From contig MCFE01000002.1 in the NCBI GenBank assembly GCA_002104905.1, positions 62,001-126,000 on the forward strand: a stretch of DNA of 64,000 nt, read 5' to 3'. Positions 50,200-62,879 of this stretch are shown here, in pieces; positions within the stretch are counted from its first letter, which is position 1; every line of letters starts with the position of its first letter. Below the pieces are notes generated by a model. The model made no database searches, was not told the origin of the DNA, and saw nothing but the letters and a program-made list of their open reading frames with translations. A program made the position numbers and the translations under genes. This DNA comes from Basidiobolus meristosporus CBS 931.73 (taxonomy: Eukaryota; Fungi; Basidiobolomycota).

Positions 50200-50900
50200 T
50201 CTACCTCTCTTGGTATGCTAACTGTATTAAACAGACTTTTGTAAACTTATGCTGGCATGTCGTATTTATATATATATCCATATTGGTGAATAACTGGTTG
50301 AAGCTTACGATGGACACGAATCCTTAGTAAGACAAAAAACTTTCGTGACGCTATATTCTTATGGTCATGTGCGATACTAGCTCTGTGCTACTAAGTAGAT
50401 CAAGAAACGTACAACATCCATAGCACGTTATAGGAGTGATTATGAGTAAAATACGTTCTAGACATGTATTCACGGGATGTATCCGAGTTTCAAGTAGTGA
50501 ATTGGTCGTAAATGCTCAGAGTAGTTCAATATATTTCAATCCATTGCTATATCATTTAACGGTGCACTTCAAGCCCTAATTGGTATTGTAAATCCATAGG
50601 TGATTCCGGTTTTCTTCCATAGCTAATCCCACAAGTCCCAAATTGGATTCGCCGGCATTTTACTCCTCGAGTTTCAAATCCATGAGTAGGAATCGTGGTC
50701 ACCGTAACAACTATCCCATAGGTTGCTTAGAAATCGCATTGATCATCTGAAATATCCATCAAATCTACGATCGAACTTGTTAGTAATGCATAATAATAAA
50801 TATATAGGAATGATTCAATCAATTCTGATGAGTAATCGTCCATTTTATTCATATCGGTGACGGCCACGAAGCTGATCATGGACTCTTCCGCAGTGTGGGT
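50200..50900 (-). pseudogene. ARF-family small GTPase pseudogene
   Basis: VTTIPTHGFETRGV at about 50676-50700 (ARF switch I is TTIPTIGFNVETV), then a frameshifted WDL, RNHLW (resembles RPLW), and further on WIYINTTC (resembles WYIQATC). There are several stops and no intact P-loop. Confidence 0.55.
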
Positions 50901-51801
50901 TTGTGGGTTATTTTGGATCCAGTGACACCTGGGTAATCAGCAAGTGGTCGTAATGCAGTGCTCTTAATGATTTGGCATTGAGTTGAACGGACAAATAGCT
51001 TTACTAAAATATCGCATATCAAATATATTTCACGCCAAGAGTGGCACGCTGTGGTATACGCTAGGGGAAGTTCCCAATAATTCATTGCTACCACGCTTTG
51101 CTGTACCGTAAACTGCGACAAAATATCATGTCAAATTCTGAACATGTTGCTATGTCACAATGGAGCGTTCAGGCAATGGGTGTATGTGGTGTTAGGGTGC
51201 GAATGAGAAACCGCGAGTGTGGTGCATGCAAATACGGTGGCTACAAATGCGCTATATATATATATATCTTTGGTAGCTTAATTCACTTCAAGGACCTTCT
51301 CCCTAGCCATGTTACAGTGGTGCTCATTAGGTACCTTGATAAGGGGTAGGCAAGTGTAACCTGAACAATAGTCTTTGACGTGTTACTATAATTTGAGGGG
51401 TCAATGGTCGTGATGTCAACGTCACTCATGAGAGACAAATCCCAATCACCAATGGAAATTGAATGTTCAGACGATGAATATGTGGAGATTTTGAAGTATT
51501 TCTCAACGAGAATGCTAGAGTGACTTCAAAAGTTTATCATACACCAGAAAGAGAGTGATAATTGGATGTGTTTCGCATTGGATTGCACAAACTCGAACAA
51601 ATAAATATATAAGGTGCAGGTCAGGTATGTCTTAGGATCGCCAACCCAGGAAAATAGGGGCATAGAGTAGTATAAAACGGCGGTATGGCGACGGAAGAAG
51701 AATAGCAAATTGTAATAGTACACTCTTGAATCCACTTGACAATTACTTTGTAGATTATTTCAGAATATCTCTCCTTGCGTCCATTTCGGTCTCGAAGCAT
51801 A

Positions 51802-53258
51802 ATGTCACAAAACAAACACCTATCTTCCCAGGAAATTGTTTCTCTTGAAAATACCTACAGCGCCCACAAGTACTTGACCAGTTTTCCACTTCAGTGTAAA
51901 ATAGACCCATGAGCTAATATTCTATCTAGCTATCATCCTCTACCTGTCGTTTTTTCGAAGGCCAAAGGTGCACTGGTTTGGGACCCTGAGGGGAAAAAAT
52001 ATTATGATTTCCTATCCGCTTATTCGGCAGTGAATCAAGGTAGCGAAAACTCTCATCATAATGTTCAAAGCTTTATTAACGCGTTTGCTCGCCTTCAGGG
52101 CACTGTCACCCTAAGATCGTCCAAGCCCTTACCGATCAAGCGCAGACACTCTGTCTGAGTTCTCGCGCGTTTTACAACGATGTTTTTGGCAAATATGCCA
52201 AATACGTCACCGAATACTTTGGATACGACATGGTCCTGCCCATGAACACTGGGGCGGAAGCCGTTGAGACTGCTATCAAACTTGCCCGCAAGTGGGGCTA
52301 CCAGAAAAAGGGAATCCCTGAAAATCAAGGTTATGTTTTATCTTGCACCAACAATTTCCATGGTCGTACAATTGGCATAATTTCAATGTCCACCGATGAG
52401 GATGCCCGTAACGAGTTCGGGCCTTATTTACCGAATGTGGGTCCTTATTGCCCAAAATCCAAGAAATTACTGAAGTACAATTGTTACGAAGACCTTGAGG
52501 AGGCGCTGGAAGTGCACGGAAAATACGTCGCCGCTTTCTTGGTTGAGCCTATCCAGGGCGAGGCTGGTATCATGGTGCCTGACGACGATTACTTGAAGAA
52601 ATGCTATCAATTATGTAAAAAGCACAACGTTCTATTTATTGCTGATGAGATCCAAACAGGGCTGGCGCGAACTGGTAAGATGCTTTGTATTGAGCACTCT
52701 GGCGTCCGTCCAGATATTGTATTGCTAGGAAAAGCTCTCAGCGGAGGCGTCTATCCTGTTAGCGCAGTCCTAGCGGATAAAGATATCATGCTATGTATTA
52801 AGCCTGGTGAACACGGTAGTACCTACGGTGGTAATCCACTTGGATGTGCGGTTGCCATAGCCGCTTTAGAGGTTATCAAAGAGGAAAACTTGATTCAGAA
52901 AGCGGAAGAGCTAGGAAAAATCTTCCGCAAGGAATTAACCGAGTTTAATAGCCCTATCGTTTCAACAGTTCGCGGGCGTGGCTTATTGAATGCCATCGTT
53001 ATTGACCAAGAAAAATCCAAACCCAAAACCGCTTGGCATTTATGTTTGCTCTTGAAAGAACGTGGTCTTCTTGCCAAGCCAACCCATTCAAACATTATTC
53101 GCCTAGCACCCCCTCTTAGTATCTCCAAGGAAGAGTTGATGGAAGGGATAAACATCATCAAGAAAGCGCTTGAGGAAATTATGACTATCGACTTGAACGA
53201 TATTCCCAACGCTCTTGAGGTGGATAATGGCGAGCACTGGGGTAACTTAGATGATTAA
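51802..53258 (+). CDS. CAR2: Ornithine aminotransferase (class III PLP aminotransferase), 3 exons
   Basis: YSAHN|[20 protein letters not shown]|[54 protein letters not shown], and the PLP lysine in LGKALSGG. Confidence 0.96.
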
Positions 53259-53412
53259 ATATGATACATATATCTCAATTTTATTCCAAGGCAAATTAGT
53301 GATTAAGCGAATTTTGCAGTAGGTATCTGCTAAAATAAACCCAATTTAATCACTGAAAATAGCATGGTGATTATTACTGTTCCATATTATTCTTCAGATC
53401 ATAACATTAACA

Positions 53413-54684
53413 TTAACGAAAAACTTGGTTATTTTTCCAGAGCATCATGGTAATAAGTTGAATACTGGCATTACAGAGTCGAGAATATTGAGCATTTACG
53501 TTCGGATTGAATATTGTGGTATGAGCATCTACTTCGTCCGATGCTGTAGATTGAATGGAAGTAAAGAATCCCGCAGTTTCTTTTGGTGGTGGCACAATAA
53601 ATGTTCGTGGGGTATTATTATTCCCTTCAAGCTAGACAGATGTGAGTTTGTGTGTTGATGATGGGAGAAATAGAGGTAGGTACTTACTCGCATGTAAAAG
53701 CAGTGAAAAATCATTTCATTAGACATTTCCTCCAGCTTTCGAACTCTGAAAAAACCGTTAAGAATGAGATGCGTCCCATATATTTCCTCCTACTTTACAC
53801 AGGAATACCTCTCTCTTAGTTGATCTTGTTTCGTCAGTGATTTTACAAATTCCAAGTGACTTGTTACATATTCCATGCCATTCTGCAACTTTTCTCGTTG
53901 CCAATAGGCAGTGGCACCTGCGGCTGCGGTGGCAGCCACTACCGCGCCCAAAACACCCCATTTTAGTTTTGAGCCTGCTTTGTTGTCTTGGCCAACTGCC
54001 CTGTTGGTTGTTGATGTGTTGGTAGTAGCTGTTCTAGCAGCAGACGCTAGGGTTGACATCAAAGATATAGAAGAGCTATATTTACTTTGGAGGTCAGTAG
54101 CTCTGGATCTGGCTGTTTCTGCAAATAGATTCGACTCAACCCCATAATAAGGAGTGTCAAAAGCCAAAATTCCTATTATCCTAGGCAACCACTGTCTGTT
54201 CCCTTCGGAAGCACCAATGCTGGTCTCTCTCAAATTGAAATATGCATCGGCCGCTTGGAAGGATAACGGGATTAATATTGAACGAAATGTCAGTGAGAGG
54301 ATTCATGTATACAACCAACCCAATAAACCGCCCATGGAATGGCCGACAAGTACGACTAACGGTGGAGATAAGCCACGAGCCACCTGCTCCTCACCAATGT
54401 TTATTAGCCAATTACATAGATTGGTAGCAGCAACTGTCAAGTCGCCTCTTGTTTCATAACGAGGATAAATAACGACATCTACGTCGATTGCTGTCGAAGA
54501 ATTCCCTAAAGTCTCTTTCAAACACTCGGGGAAGCCCTGCCGATGATGACGGTGAATGAGTCAGTGAGATCAAAGAGGAGCCGAAGAAATGGGGACGATG
54601 TACTGATACCTGAAAAGTTTTTTCACTTCCTTTAAATCCATGGATAAAAACCAGAAGCAATCGGTTATGCTTTTGCAACTCCAT
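53413..54684 (-). CDS. Alpha/beta-hydrolase, DUF676/PGAP1-like putative lipase, multi-exon
   Basis: LLLVFIHGFKGSEKTF, IYPRYETRGDL, nucleophile elbow LVGHSMGGLL, IIGILAFDTPYYG, and C-terminal RTFIVPPP...DEVDAHTTIFNP. Confidence 0.85.
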
Positions 54685-55879
54685 AATACTCCCAAAGCGA
54701 GGTGTGCTATTAAGCAACTCGTAAGACCATCTTTAGTGCTCGCGAGAATAAAATATAAACCAGAACCTAAACAACTCTGGCTAATATCCGTCTAAACCAT
54801 CTGTTTGTACTTCGAATCAATTGGCATCAATAAGCCTCCGGATCATGATATATTACTTTAAAACCTGTGTGACGGTGAATTTTAATAAACCGTCGACATT
54901 GGCCACAGGAATGCTGCTATGGGGAGTGGTGGAAGTATCAATTAAGCAATTGTAGAATGCCATAAAATATGAAGCTAACTGCAAAATCTATTGCCCATAA
55001 CAGTCCAAACCAAGTGTGTTGTGAACGATCATCTGATTCCACACAAGGAGAATCAGAAGCAATAGATGGTGAGAAAGTGGAGGCAAGATGGGGTGCTTGA
55101 AAGTGTAGGCCCGCATATATAATGCATCCTCAAGTTAGCATGAGGGCTTGTTATCTAAAGGTAATCAGATTCTTAAAGAATACATATACTGTGTATTGGG
55201 TGGTTTAGGAGTGTTTGTTTCCATTTGGCTTCCTGGCAAATGTCTCAATCCCAGTTGCTCTATCAATTTATTAACAATGAGTCTTCTGAAGTATTAAATC
55301 ATTGCAAATTTTAATCAAGATATGGGAACTTGGAGGTGCACTCAATGATTGAGAAGATGCGGCGCTCACCAGTTGATTTGTTGGATGCAAATGGGGTGTA
55401 TACACAGAGAGAAGCTCATTAAATACAACACTTATATATACAGTGCAGGGGGTGCTCCTCGATTGAACAAATACTGTTATTGTGAAATAATACACTAGAC
55501 TTTCGCCATAGAACTAACCCCAGTCCTACAAAATAAGCTTCTAATGGTATTTATATCACAGCCCCAATAGCTGTTTCACAAGGCCGTAGTAACTATCTCA
55601 GTAGTAAAGCAGTAACCTTATATAATGTTACTCTAAGTTGGTAAACTCTAATATGATATTCAGCTGTCTACTAAGTATTAATTGGATTTGACGAGCCAAC
55701 TGCTTCAGCGCCAAGTGATACACTACCATAAATAGGTATTGGCTTTTAGAGGCGGTGGACGAGAGTTGATACCGCAACTGTATTTCTAATGATTTGTTCT
55801 GGAACGATAGGTCCCCTTCTTGGTGGGGTATATCTTCATATTCATAGGTTTATTATTACTCTTCAATATATCACGATCA

Positions 55880-56270
55880 TCTAGTACAAGATTCACCTTG
55901 TGTCAGTAAACAATCCCGGGTAATGGCTGAAATTCTTTGCTAGCCAAATCAAGCTCTTTATCAGTACACCAGCACTGATGGAAAAATACAAAATGCTATT
56001 TATTCCTACTTCAGTCTTTGAAAGTCATATGTGTTCACAACGGTTCCAGGTTAAGGTAACAACTCTGAATCACATCCTTTTCCAGACCTCTCATTTTGAC
56101 TTAATATCAAGTAGAGTGCGGTGACTGCTCAAGGATAAATTGGGTAATAATCTTAGGAGGCTCAAGCCCATTCAGTCGATTCAATTTGATTCGAGCGTCT
56201 GTTGAAATATAAAAATGCCGCGAATTCCCCTACGTATTCAATCAAGTCCCCTTCTCTAAGGAGCCTCCTC
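55880..56270 (-). pseudogene. Possible SET-domain relic
   Basis: GDLIEYVGEF (about 56220-56250) and, about 320 nt downstream, RISAITRDCLLTQGE resemble the SET motifs IxEYxGE and IFAxRDIxxGEEL. Stops intervene and no NHSC motif was found. Confidence 0.25.
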
Positions 56271-56484
56271 CTATTCAGCAAAATTGCTGATTTTAAAGTA
56301 AGCATCCCTTTCGATCTGTAACTGATTTTACTCCTCTTCTGCTTAACAAGTTTCATCAATTACTCGCACCTTTGCTTATTGATCATCATTAAATTCTATT
56401 TTTCAAATCTGACGTTTGCTTGAAACTTCACCTCTGTGTTGAACCATACTGGATAACTCACGTCGCCACACGCTCTGAGACGTA

Positions 56485-57178
56485 ATGAAGAGACAACAGA
56501 TGTCCGTCAGCACATCTACAAACGAGGAAGCCAATATATCCCAGGAATTCATAGCCCATTCCATACACAAACACATTACTGCTCTATGCACCACTTTGAT
56601 ATGCATTCAGTTGGTAGGTTCTAAATGGCATAGAGGTCAAGTGACACGATACTTATCAACTTTCACAGTTAGCAGCGCTTGTCATTTCAATCACTTTTGG
56701 CATATTCGTCAGCGGGAACGACCCTTTGGCTTTAGTTGACCCTCAAAATGATTCAAAAAACTTGGCGGATACTCACTATATGACTTTGGTTGGATATGTA
56801 TCCACCATTCTTAACTCTACCATCGGCCTGCTGGGAGTCCATAAGGTAAGAGTGCTCTTATGTCGCTGACACTCGTTACCTTCCTGATTCAGTTACCGGT
56901 AGCGCTCCCGAAAGTTGTTGAACTGCTATCTGGTGTTTGCTATCATAACGATGCTCTTCAAAATAGCATCTAGCTGCCTATACATAGTATGGCTTAGCAA
57001 GTACCATGCCACCATCACAATGATTCCAGTAAGTGAGCGTTCGTTACATATTTTTGCCAAAGCAGGCCTAACCCATCTCAAGTCGTTGGTAGACCTCCTG
57101 GCCATCGTGTCAATTTACTTTCTGCGTAAACGGATCAAAATGGCATCACATTCTCTGAACTACTCAGAAATGAAATAA
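56485..57178 (+). CDS. Hypothetical small four-TM membrane protein, 4 exons
   Basis: Phase-0 GT-AG introns join ...TLICIQL|LAALVISITFGIFV...NSTIGLLGVHK|RSRKLLNCYLVFAIITMLFKI...MIP|SLVDLLAIVSIYFLRKR. The last intron has a CTAAC branch site. There are four hydrophobic segments. Confidence 0.65.
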
Positions 57179-57444
57179 TATCTTCATCACCTTTTGAATT
57201 GGTTAACGCTGGTAGTCCATTATGCATGTATTAGCTATGTGTTACACATGGATTGATTTCGAACATTTGATCAATTAATCATATTCGATCGTAGTTGATC
57301 CAGAAGACAAGAATCCGATTTTCCTTGAAAAAAACCATTTGTAAGCAATACTAGGATAGCGCACTATATTTTAGACATGAATTCCGATATTCAACCTTCA
57401 TGAAAGCTATAAAATACGGTGAAAATTCTTGAACCTCTCCTAAC

Positions 57445-58161
57445 ATGGCTTCATTCCCAATAGAGCTACTTAGAGAAATATTACAATATTGTGAGCAGAA
57501 AACCCTTTTCAATAGTAGTTTGGTTGGTAGATCCTGGTACACTCAAAGCGTCCCATTTCTTTATCATACTCCTTTGTTCACCAGCTTGGAGAGCTATTTG
57601 AGTTTTAGCAAAGGGATTACGGAAGACACGGGTAGACATGTTGATACTTTAGATTTGTCTCAAGTGCCACATAGATGGGACCACCTGACTTCGTCTCAGG
57701 TGAACCCAGTACTTCTGGCCTGTAGCAAGCTTCGCAGGTTGAACTTGGAGTTATGCCAAATCGATGACACAGTATTGCAAGTACTTGCAAATAGCTCTTG
57801 CGACACAATTGAAGAGCTCAACTTGAATGAATGTTTAATCAATGATGAAGGCTTGTCCGCCCTTGTCAATTGTAAAAAATTGCGAAGCCTTGAGATCGAA
57901 ACCTGTCCTGTTACCGATCGTAGCGTCATAGAGATTGCCAATGCATGTGTCAACCTGGAAAGACTGAACTTGGCGAGGTGTGAGGAGATTACTGACGAAT
58001 CCATCGCAGTTATTCGGAGTAATCTAAAGCAACTTCGTTATCTCAGCGTGGAAGAATGTTACGGTGTACTGGAGCATGAAGGCTGGGCTGAGGCTACAGA
58101 ATGGGAGACAGACTGGGGGACCGATACAGAAGGTGAAGGAGAAGACGAAGAACAGCCGTAA
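57445..58161 (+). CDS. F-box / cysteine-containing leucine-rich repeat protein, single exon
   Basis: F-box FPIELLREILQYC...LVGRSW...VPFLY; LRRs (KLRRLNLELCQIDD, NLERLNLARCEEITDESI); acidic tail. Confidence 0.88.
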   Translation: MASFPIELLREILQYCEQKTLFNSSLVGRSWYTQSVPFLYHTPLFTSLESYLSFSKGITEDTGRHVDTLDLSQVPHRWDHLTSSQVNPVLLACSKLRRLNLELCQIDDTVLQVLANSSCDTIEELNLNECLINDEGLSALVNCKKLRSLEIETCPVTDRSVIEIANACVNLERLNLARCEEITDESIAVIRSNLKQLRYLSVEECYGVLEHEGWAEATEWETDWGTDTEGEGEDEEQP

Positions 58162-58822
58162 ACGTAGACTACTTAGCTATTCCAAACATTTTGTATAACT
58201 TTTCCTTGCCATTTGTTTTGAACTAAAACATCCATTATATAAATAGTCTTCACACATTACTTGAAAAGAAAATTTTGACTCGAATCCAATTAGGTGGATG
58301 TGGCAAGCTCTGGTCGTGAGTGGGATCGTTCATTCCATATTAGTGGATACATATCATGACCAAGCTACCGAAGTGAAACAGCGTTGTGGTGATACATATA
58401 TTTCCATGTTAATGCCACAAAGCTGTATCTACAACAGATGGATAGTGTCACAACAAGAGTGGTATGTACCAAGACAAGCCAAACCTGTAATGCTCCACTG
58501 CACCGAATCAACAGCGGTATATACGAGAGCCGCTTACAAAGATATTGTGCTCGAAACATTTTACCCATCAGAAGATTGAGATGGTCCAGTAAGTCGAGGG
58601 GATACTAGACATGTGAACATCAGCATGTAGGTTTCCGTGATTCATGTCCAGCAAAACATCTCTTGGATTCACAGGTACTCATTATTTATTCTAAATATAG
58701 ATTTGTTTCGCTCACATTGTCGCCAACTTGGCTAAAATCTGAGCGCTTCATGCCGGATTCGTGTTCAGGAATATTTTTTCAATGGGATCTGGTTAGCCTC
58801 GAGTTCACCAGTCAACTGCATA

Positions 58823-59200
58823 ATGTTTCCTGGAAACCTTAATATAGCTATTATGATTGGATTAGCTATATCCCTATGGAGTAGTATCCTACTCTATCAT
58901 CACACCTTAACGGGCTTATCAATTCCCCTGGAGCATTTACAATGCAGTATTTTTGTCAATAATCTCCCGAAGCCTCCACTTCGTCCTGCACACTCATGTA
59001 AGGCTTCTCCGAACACCTGCCATAATGCTCATCACGAAATTTCTGAACAACCACAACCATATTTTACTGTGTCTGGCACCAACGAAATTTCTGGAACCAT
59101 CCCTGGTGCCGCATCATCCCTCAACGCCACCAAATTACGCAAAATCGAAGCTGCCGAAAATTCCATTTTCCAGAAATTTCTTGAACTTCACCCCTCATGA
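58823..59200 (+). CDS. Uncertain 125-codon ORF, unknown function
   Basis: ATG-started ORF with a hydrophobic N-terminal stretch. No family recognised and an overlapping ORF exists in another frame. Confidence 0.2.
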   Translation: MFPGNLNIAIMIGLAISLWSSILLYHHTLTGLSIPLEHLQCSIFVNNLPKPPLRPAHSCKASPNTCHNAHHEISEQPQPYFTVSGTNEISGTIPGAASSLNATKLRKIEAAENSIFQKFLELHPS

Positions 59201-59349
59201 ATCTCCCCGATAAATATGATAGGGGGGCCTTGTGACCAGGGACTGCAATCTCCGCAATAAATAGAGGTCACTTGGTGTTTTCTCAGGACTGAACTGAATC
59301 CTCGAAGTACGAGTGAATACCCTGTAAATTGAATGGAAGACTATGGGAA

Positions 59350-59880
59350 ATGTCGGAGTATGATACTGTAGTACGTGGCTCACTAAAGTTGAAAGGTTGC
59401 CCTGTAAAGGGCAGCAAACGTACCCTAAGCGGTGGGATTAAAAAGTGAGTATATTCATACATCCACAACTGTGTTAGTTGTATCCCTATCCCGTGAATGA
59501 CAACAGAGGAAGTGTAATGAGCTGGTATCTCTAGACACAAGTACTAATCCTTTTCTCTTTGGCCCTGAAGAGCTCATAAAGCAGGAAAATGTCGAGTTTT
59601 ATCCGCCAGTTTACCACCCACCAGGGATCTTGAAAGCATCGAGTACACCAAGACACCGGCCGAGTTGGCTTTTGAGAAAGTTCAAAAGGCAAGGGTAAGT
59701 ATTCTGCAAGCAAATCATCCATCCCGATCACCCAATGCTTAATTAGTTTGTACGATATAGCAACGTCAGAAAGCTTACAAGCTGGCTTCGAAAAGCCATA
59801 AACAAAAGGTGGCAGAGTTTAATGAGTACCTTGCAAGAATCTCGGAGCACTATGATATACCCAAGGTGGGGCCAGGTTAA
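59350..59880 (+). CDS. FAM32A: FAM32A (DUF1754) family nuclear protein, multi-exon
   Basis: MSEYDTVVRGSLKLKG..., KTPAELAFEKVQ, and the C-terminal ASKSHKQKVAEFNEYLARISEHYDIPKVGPG*. Confidence 0.88.
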
Positions 59881-60098
59881 CGCGCCGCAGCTTATAACTA
59901 CGTAGCTGGGTTGGAAACAAGCATTATCAATGTAACTTCTATACTCCAGCTGCGTTGAAGCTCGATGTGATCAGCACTGTAGAGAATTCATGTGCCAGTT
60001 TATTGGCATCGTAGTTTACGTTTATTGACTAATTGATCACCAGGAATAATATATTTGTCAAATGAATACGATAATAAATATAGCTTCCTACAAGGTGG

Positions 60099-60764
60099 CT
60101 AATTAAAATAACTCTTGCCACGGACGGAGATTCGGGGATAGGCATCTGTTTGCTGGCGTTTGCCAGATAGAACTTCATGGAAAGCACCCCCTCTAATGGT
60201 GGTATAAGTTTTCTCCTAATCCTCAATAGAAAGCCATTCAAGGTTTGCTTACGACATCATAGTTGATAAAAGTCTTTAAGAAAGCCATAAGTGCACGCAC
60301 TATAAAAACCACATTCGGCATAATCAAACGCCAAGGTGGGGGAGGGGAGATATCGATTGATGAAGCTGCTATTTCCTAAGGGTATTTTGCTTGGTCCACA
60401 AGATATTATTCGTTCCACACATCGCTTATATCACCGCGAACTTGCGGAGTAGAGTTTTACGAACAACCTGCTCATCTGCGGAAAAGTCAAGGTAGCGGGT
60501 TAATGTTTTTCGCACACGACGTTCGCTCCTCCCAGATTTCCGATCCCCGTAGTAGATTTGTGCAATCTGGTAAATCTCTCCGGATTGAAACTGATGACTC
60601 CAGTGTTCGTCGGGAATTTCAATATGGTCGGGCGCAGTCTCTATGTCGCTGAAGTCCAAAATGCTGCTATTCCGACTGGAATCTGGGCTGTCTGGGTTTC
60701 GGGAGCGGATTAGAGAGTAAAATTTGCGAGCATCTTGGAGAAGATTAGAGGGAGGGAGGGTCAT
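60099..60764 (-). CDS. Hypothetical ~190-aa protein, 3 exons
   Basis: Exon 1 ends RKFA at a GT donor (intron 60434-60376). Exon 2 is EIAASSIDISPPPPWRLIMPNVVFIVRALMAFLKTFINYDV|gtaagc. Exon 3 is EKTYTTIRGGAFHEVLSGKRQQTDAYPRISVRGKSYFN*. All joins are phase 0 with no stops. Confidence 0.7.
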
Positions 60765-61569
60765 GTTCCACGATGCTTATTCCGGAGAAACAACGTGAGG
60801 CGAATAGGGCGCTTTAGCAGAAGTAAGCAGGAAATAAGCAAGGTCCCTAGGGTAGAGAGTGAATATCAGTTGTGGTACTTCGTACAAGGTTTCCTACATG
60901 CCCCTCGCACATCCTTTATACTTGGTCAGAATCGATTAATGTAGGAAAGAGCCGTGACTCCTCAAGAATACGCTGAACAGGTATCATCAAACCACTGTAT
61001 CAATCCAGTAAGATTTGTTCTAGACGAGACGGGCACTCAATAAACATCCCCCAACTTGGTTAGATTTGTGACCGATTTTTCTTTAAACACAAAGTCAGAC
61101 TGAGGCAATGCGGCTGCATGCATGCACCCTCTAGTATTTTCAATCGAGGAAATATAGAGCTGAGAATTCATATATTTCTGGTCACCTGTATCTACAAAAT
61201 CGATTTAGGAAGAAAGATCTGGACTCGGAGCTTTGTTACCATCAGGTTGCTGACCGGAATGCGTCTACGGCGAAAGTGGCATTGTGCGGGAGGGAAATTA
61301 TTCTCAGGCTAGACAGAGCCAGGCCTTATGGAGCGGCCCCAAGCATCTACCTGTAAGTGAAATTGGCTGCACAAGCTATAGCTATACGGTCCCTTTTGAG
61401 TATAGATCAAATCGATGCTCACTACTCTCCCAGCACGCTCCTGTTTTACAGCAAGAGAACAAAGAAGGGTCTGTAAGAAGATTGAAGGCCCGTCATTGAA
61501 GTGTGTAGATTACCCGATTCAAAGACATATAACCTGTTGGTGATGTCCATTTAGCTCAACATACAACAT

Positions 61570-62375
61570 AGAGCTCTACTTTTTTACACAATGTTCTGGA
61601 ATATACAAGCCTCCAAACCGACCAACAACATCCTGACACTCGAGAGAGTGAAATCGGGTTTGACCTTCAGCGAAGGCAATCAGCAGCTTTGGAGTTTCTG
61701 AGTACATGACTCAGCTGAGGGCATTCGATAGAATATTACATGCATGATGACTTACTGTGGATTTCAAATCGGCGCGGGGTTCGCACACTATATTGCTATG
61801 GAGGTGAAGCGATTTTTGATGTCAGCAAGCCATTGGACATTCTTGTCGGGCGCAGAACCACTTACCACGGACGATTAATCCCTCTCCAGACACAAGCTAC
61901 CTGCAATATTCCTTATGGATCCAGAAAATAAGCTTATCCTATGTTGTATATATGGAAATCCAGGAATCTCGCTTCAGCCACGCGAGTGATTAATATAGTA
62001 TCGATCACAAGCAAGGCTTTTGATCCCGGTGTATGTTGGAAGTGCACCAGATTATCCGATTCACATCATGAAGTTGAAACCAAATACTTTCACCGTTGAC
62101 TGATTCCACGTCGCAAGTTTTCAGGAGAACCTCTAAAAAGTATCACGCCAAGTCTGGGAGAGGCCTTTACGCTGTTGGATGTATGGTACCCTAGCAACTT
62201 CATGTCAATGAGCTATCTGATTACTTCCCTTCTTTCAGTACCTAAGCTTCAAGAAAAAAGGTGCAATTAGCAATGCGCGTGATTAATTGCTTCGCTTATT
62301 TATGAAGCCTGGCCTCGTGTTTACTCTATTAGCTTCGATCTTTCCACCCTTCCAACATCCGTATAGTTCTGAAGA
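61570..62375 (-). pseudogene. Intron-containing Ras-superfamily (Ran/Rab/Rho-like) GTPase pseudogene
   Basis: In order: YGCWKGGKI (GxxxxGK), VPYI, VNGESIWFQLHD (resembles I.F..WD), DRYYIN, NVQWLADIK, and a frameshifted IVCEPRADLK. GT donors are retained, but one acceptor reads CATAC rather than CATAG, and there are frameshifts and stops. Confidence 0.45.
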
Positions 62376-62879
62376 ATATTCATAATATATGTAAGCGTTG
62401 CTCCAAAGCCCCAAATTGGGAACGTGCCTTTGTAAAGCTGTCGAATACTTGTATTTTGTTTGCTGAGCATAAATATTCATGCCCGTTAACTTGACTGTTC
62501 ACTTCGAAGCTCCTCTCACTTCCCATATGCTTTTGGCCTGTATTTTCCTCGGCCCTGTCTCACGTATGGAGTGATTTTATTTGTAGTTTTTACACATATA
62601 TACCTAAATTCTTCACTTTGTGGTCAAATCCACGATACCTTATCAATCGGGCAACTGAACATTGTGGAGTGTATTACCAGCCGGTCCGACATCATTCAGT
62701 GCTCAGTACTTACTCAAGTGTCAACAAGCTAAATGCATCGTTACATAAATTGCCATCTCAAAACCACCATAAACTTCGAAGTATATTAACTGATCAGCAT
62801 CAACTTTTGCCCCCCATGGAATATAATATCAATGCTCCCTGGCAAAAATAGGGGCCAGGAAGATTATATAAATGAAATA

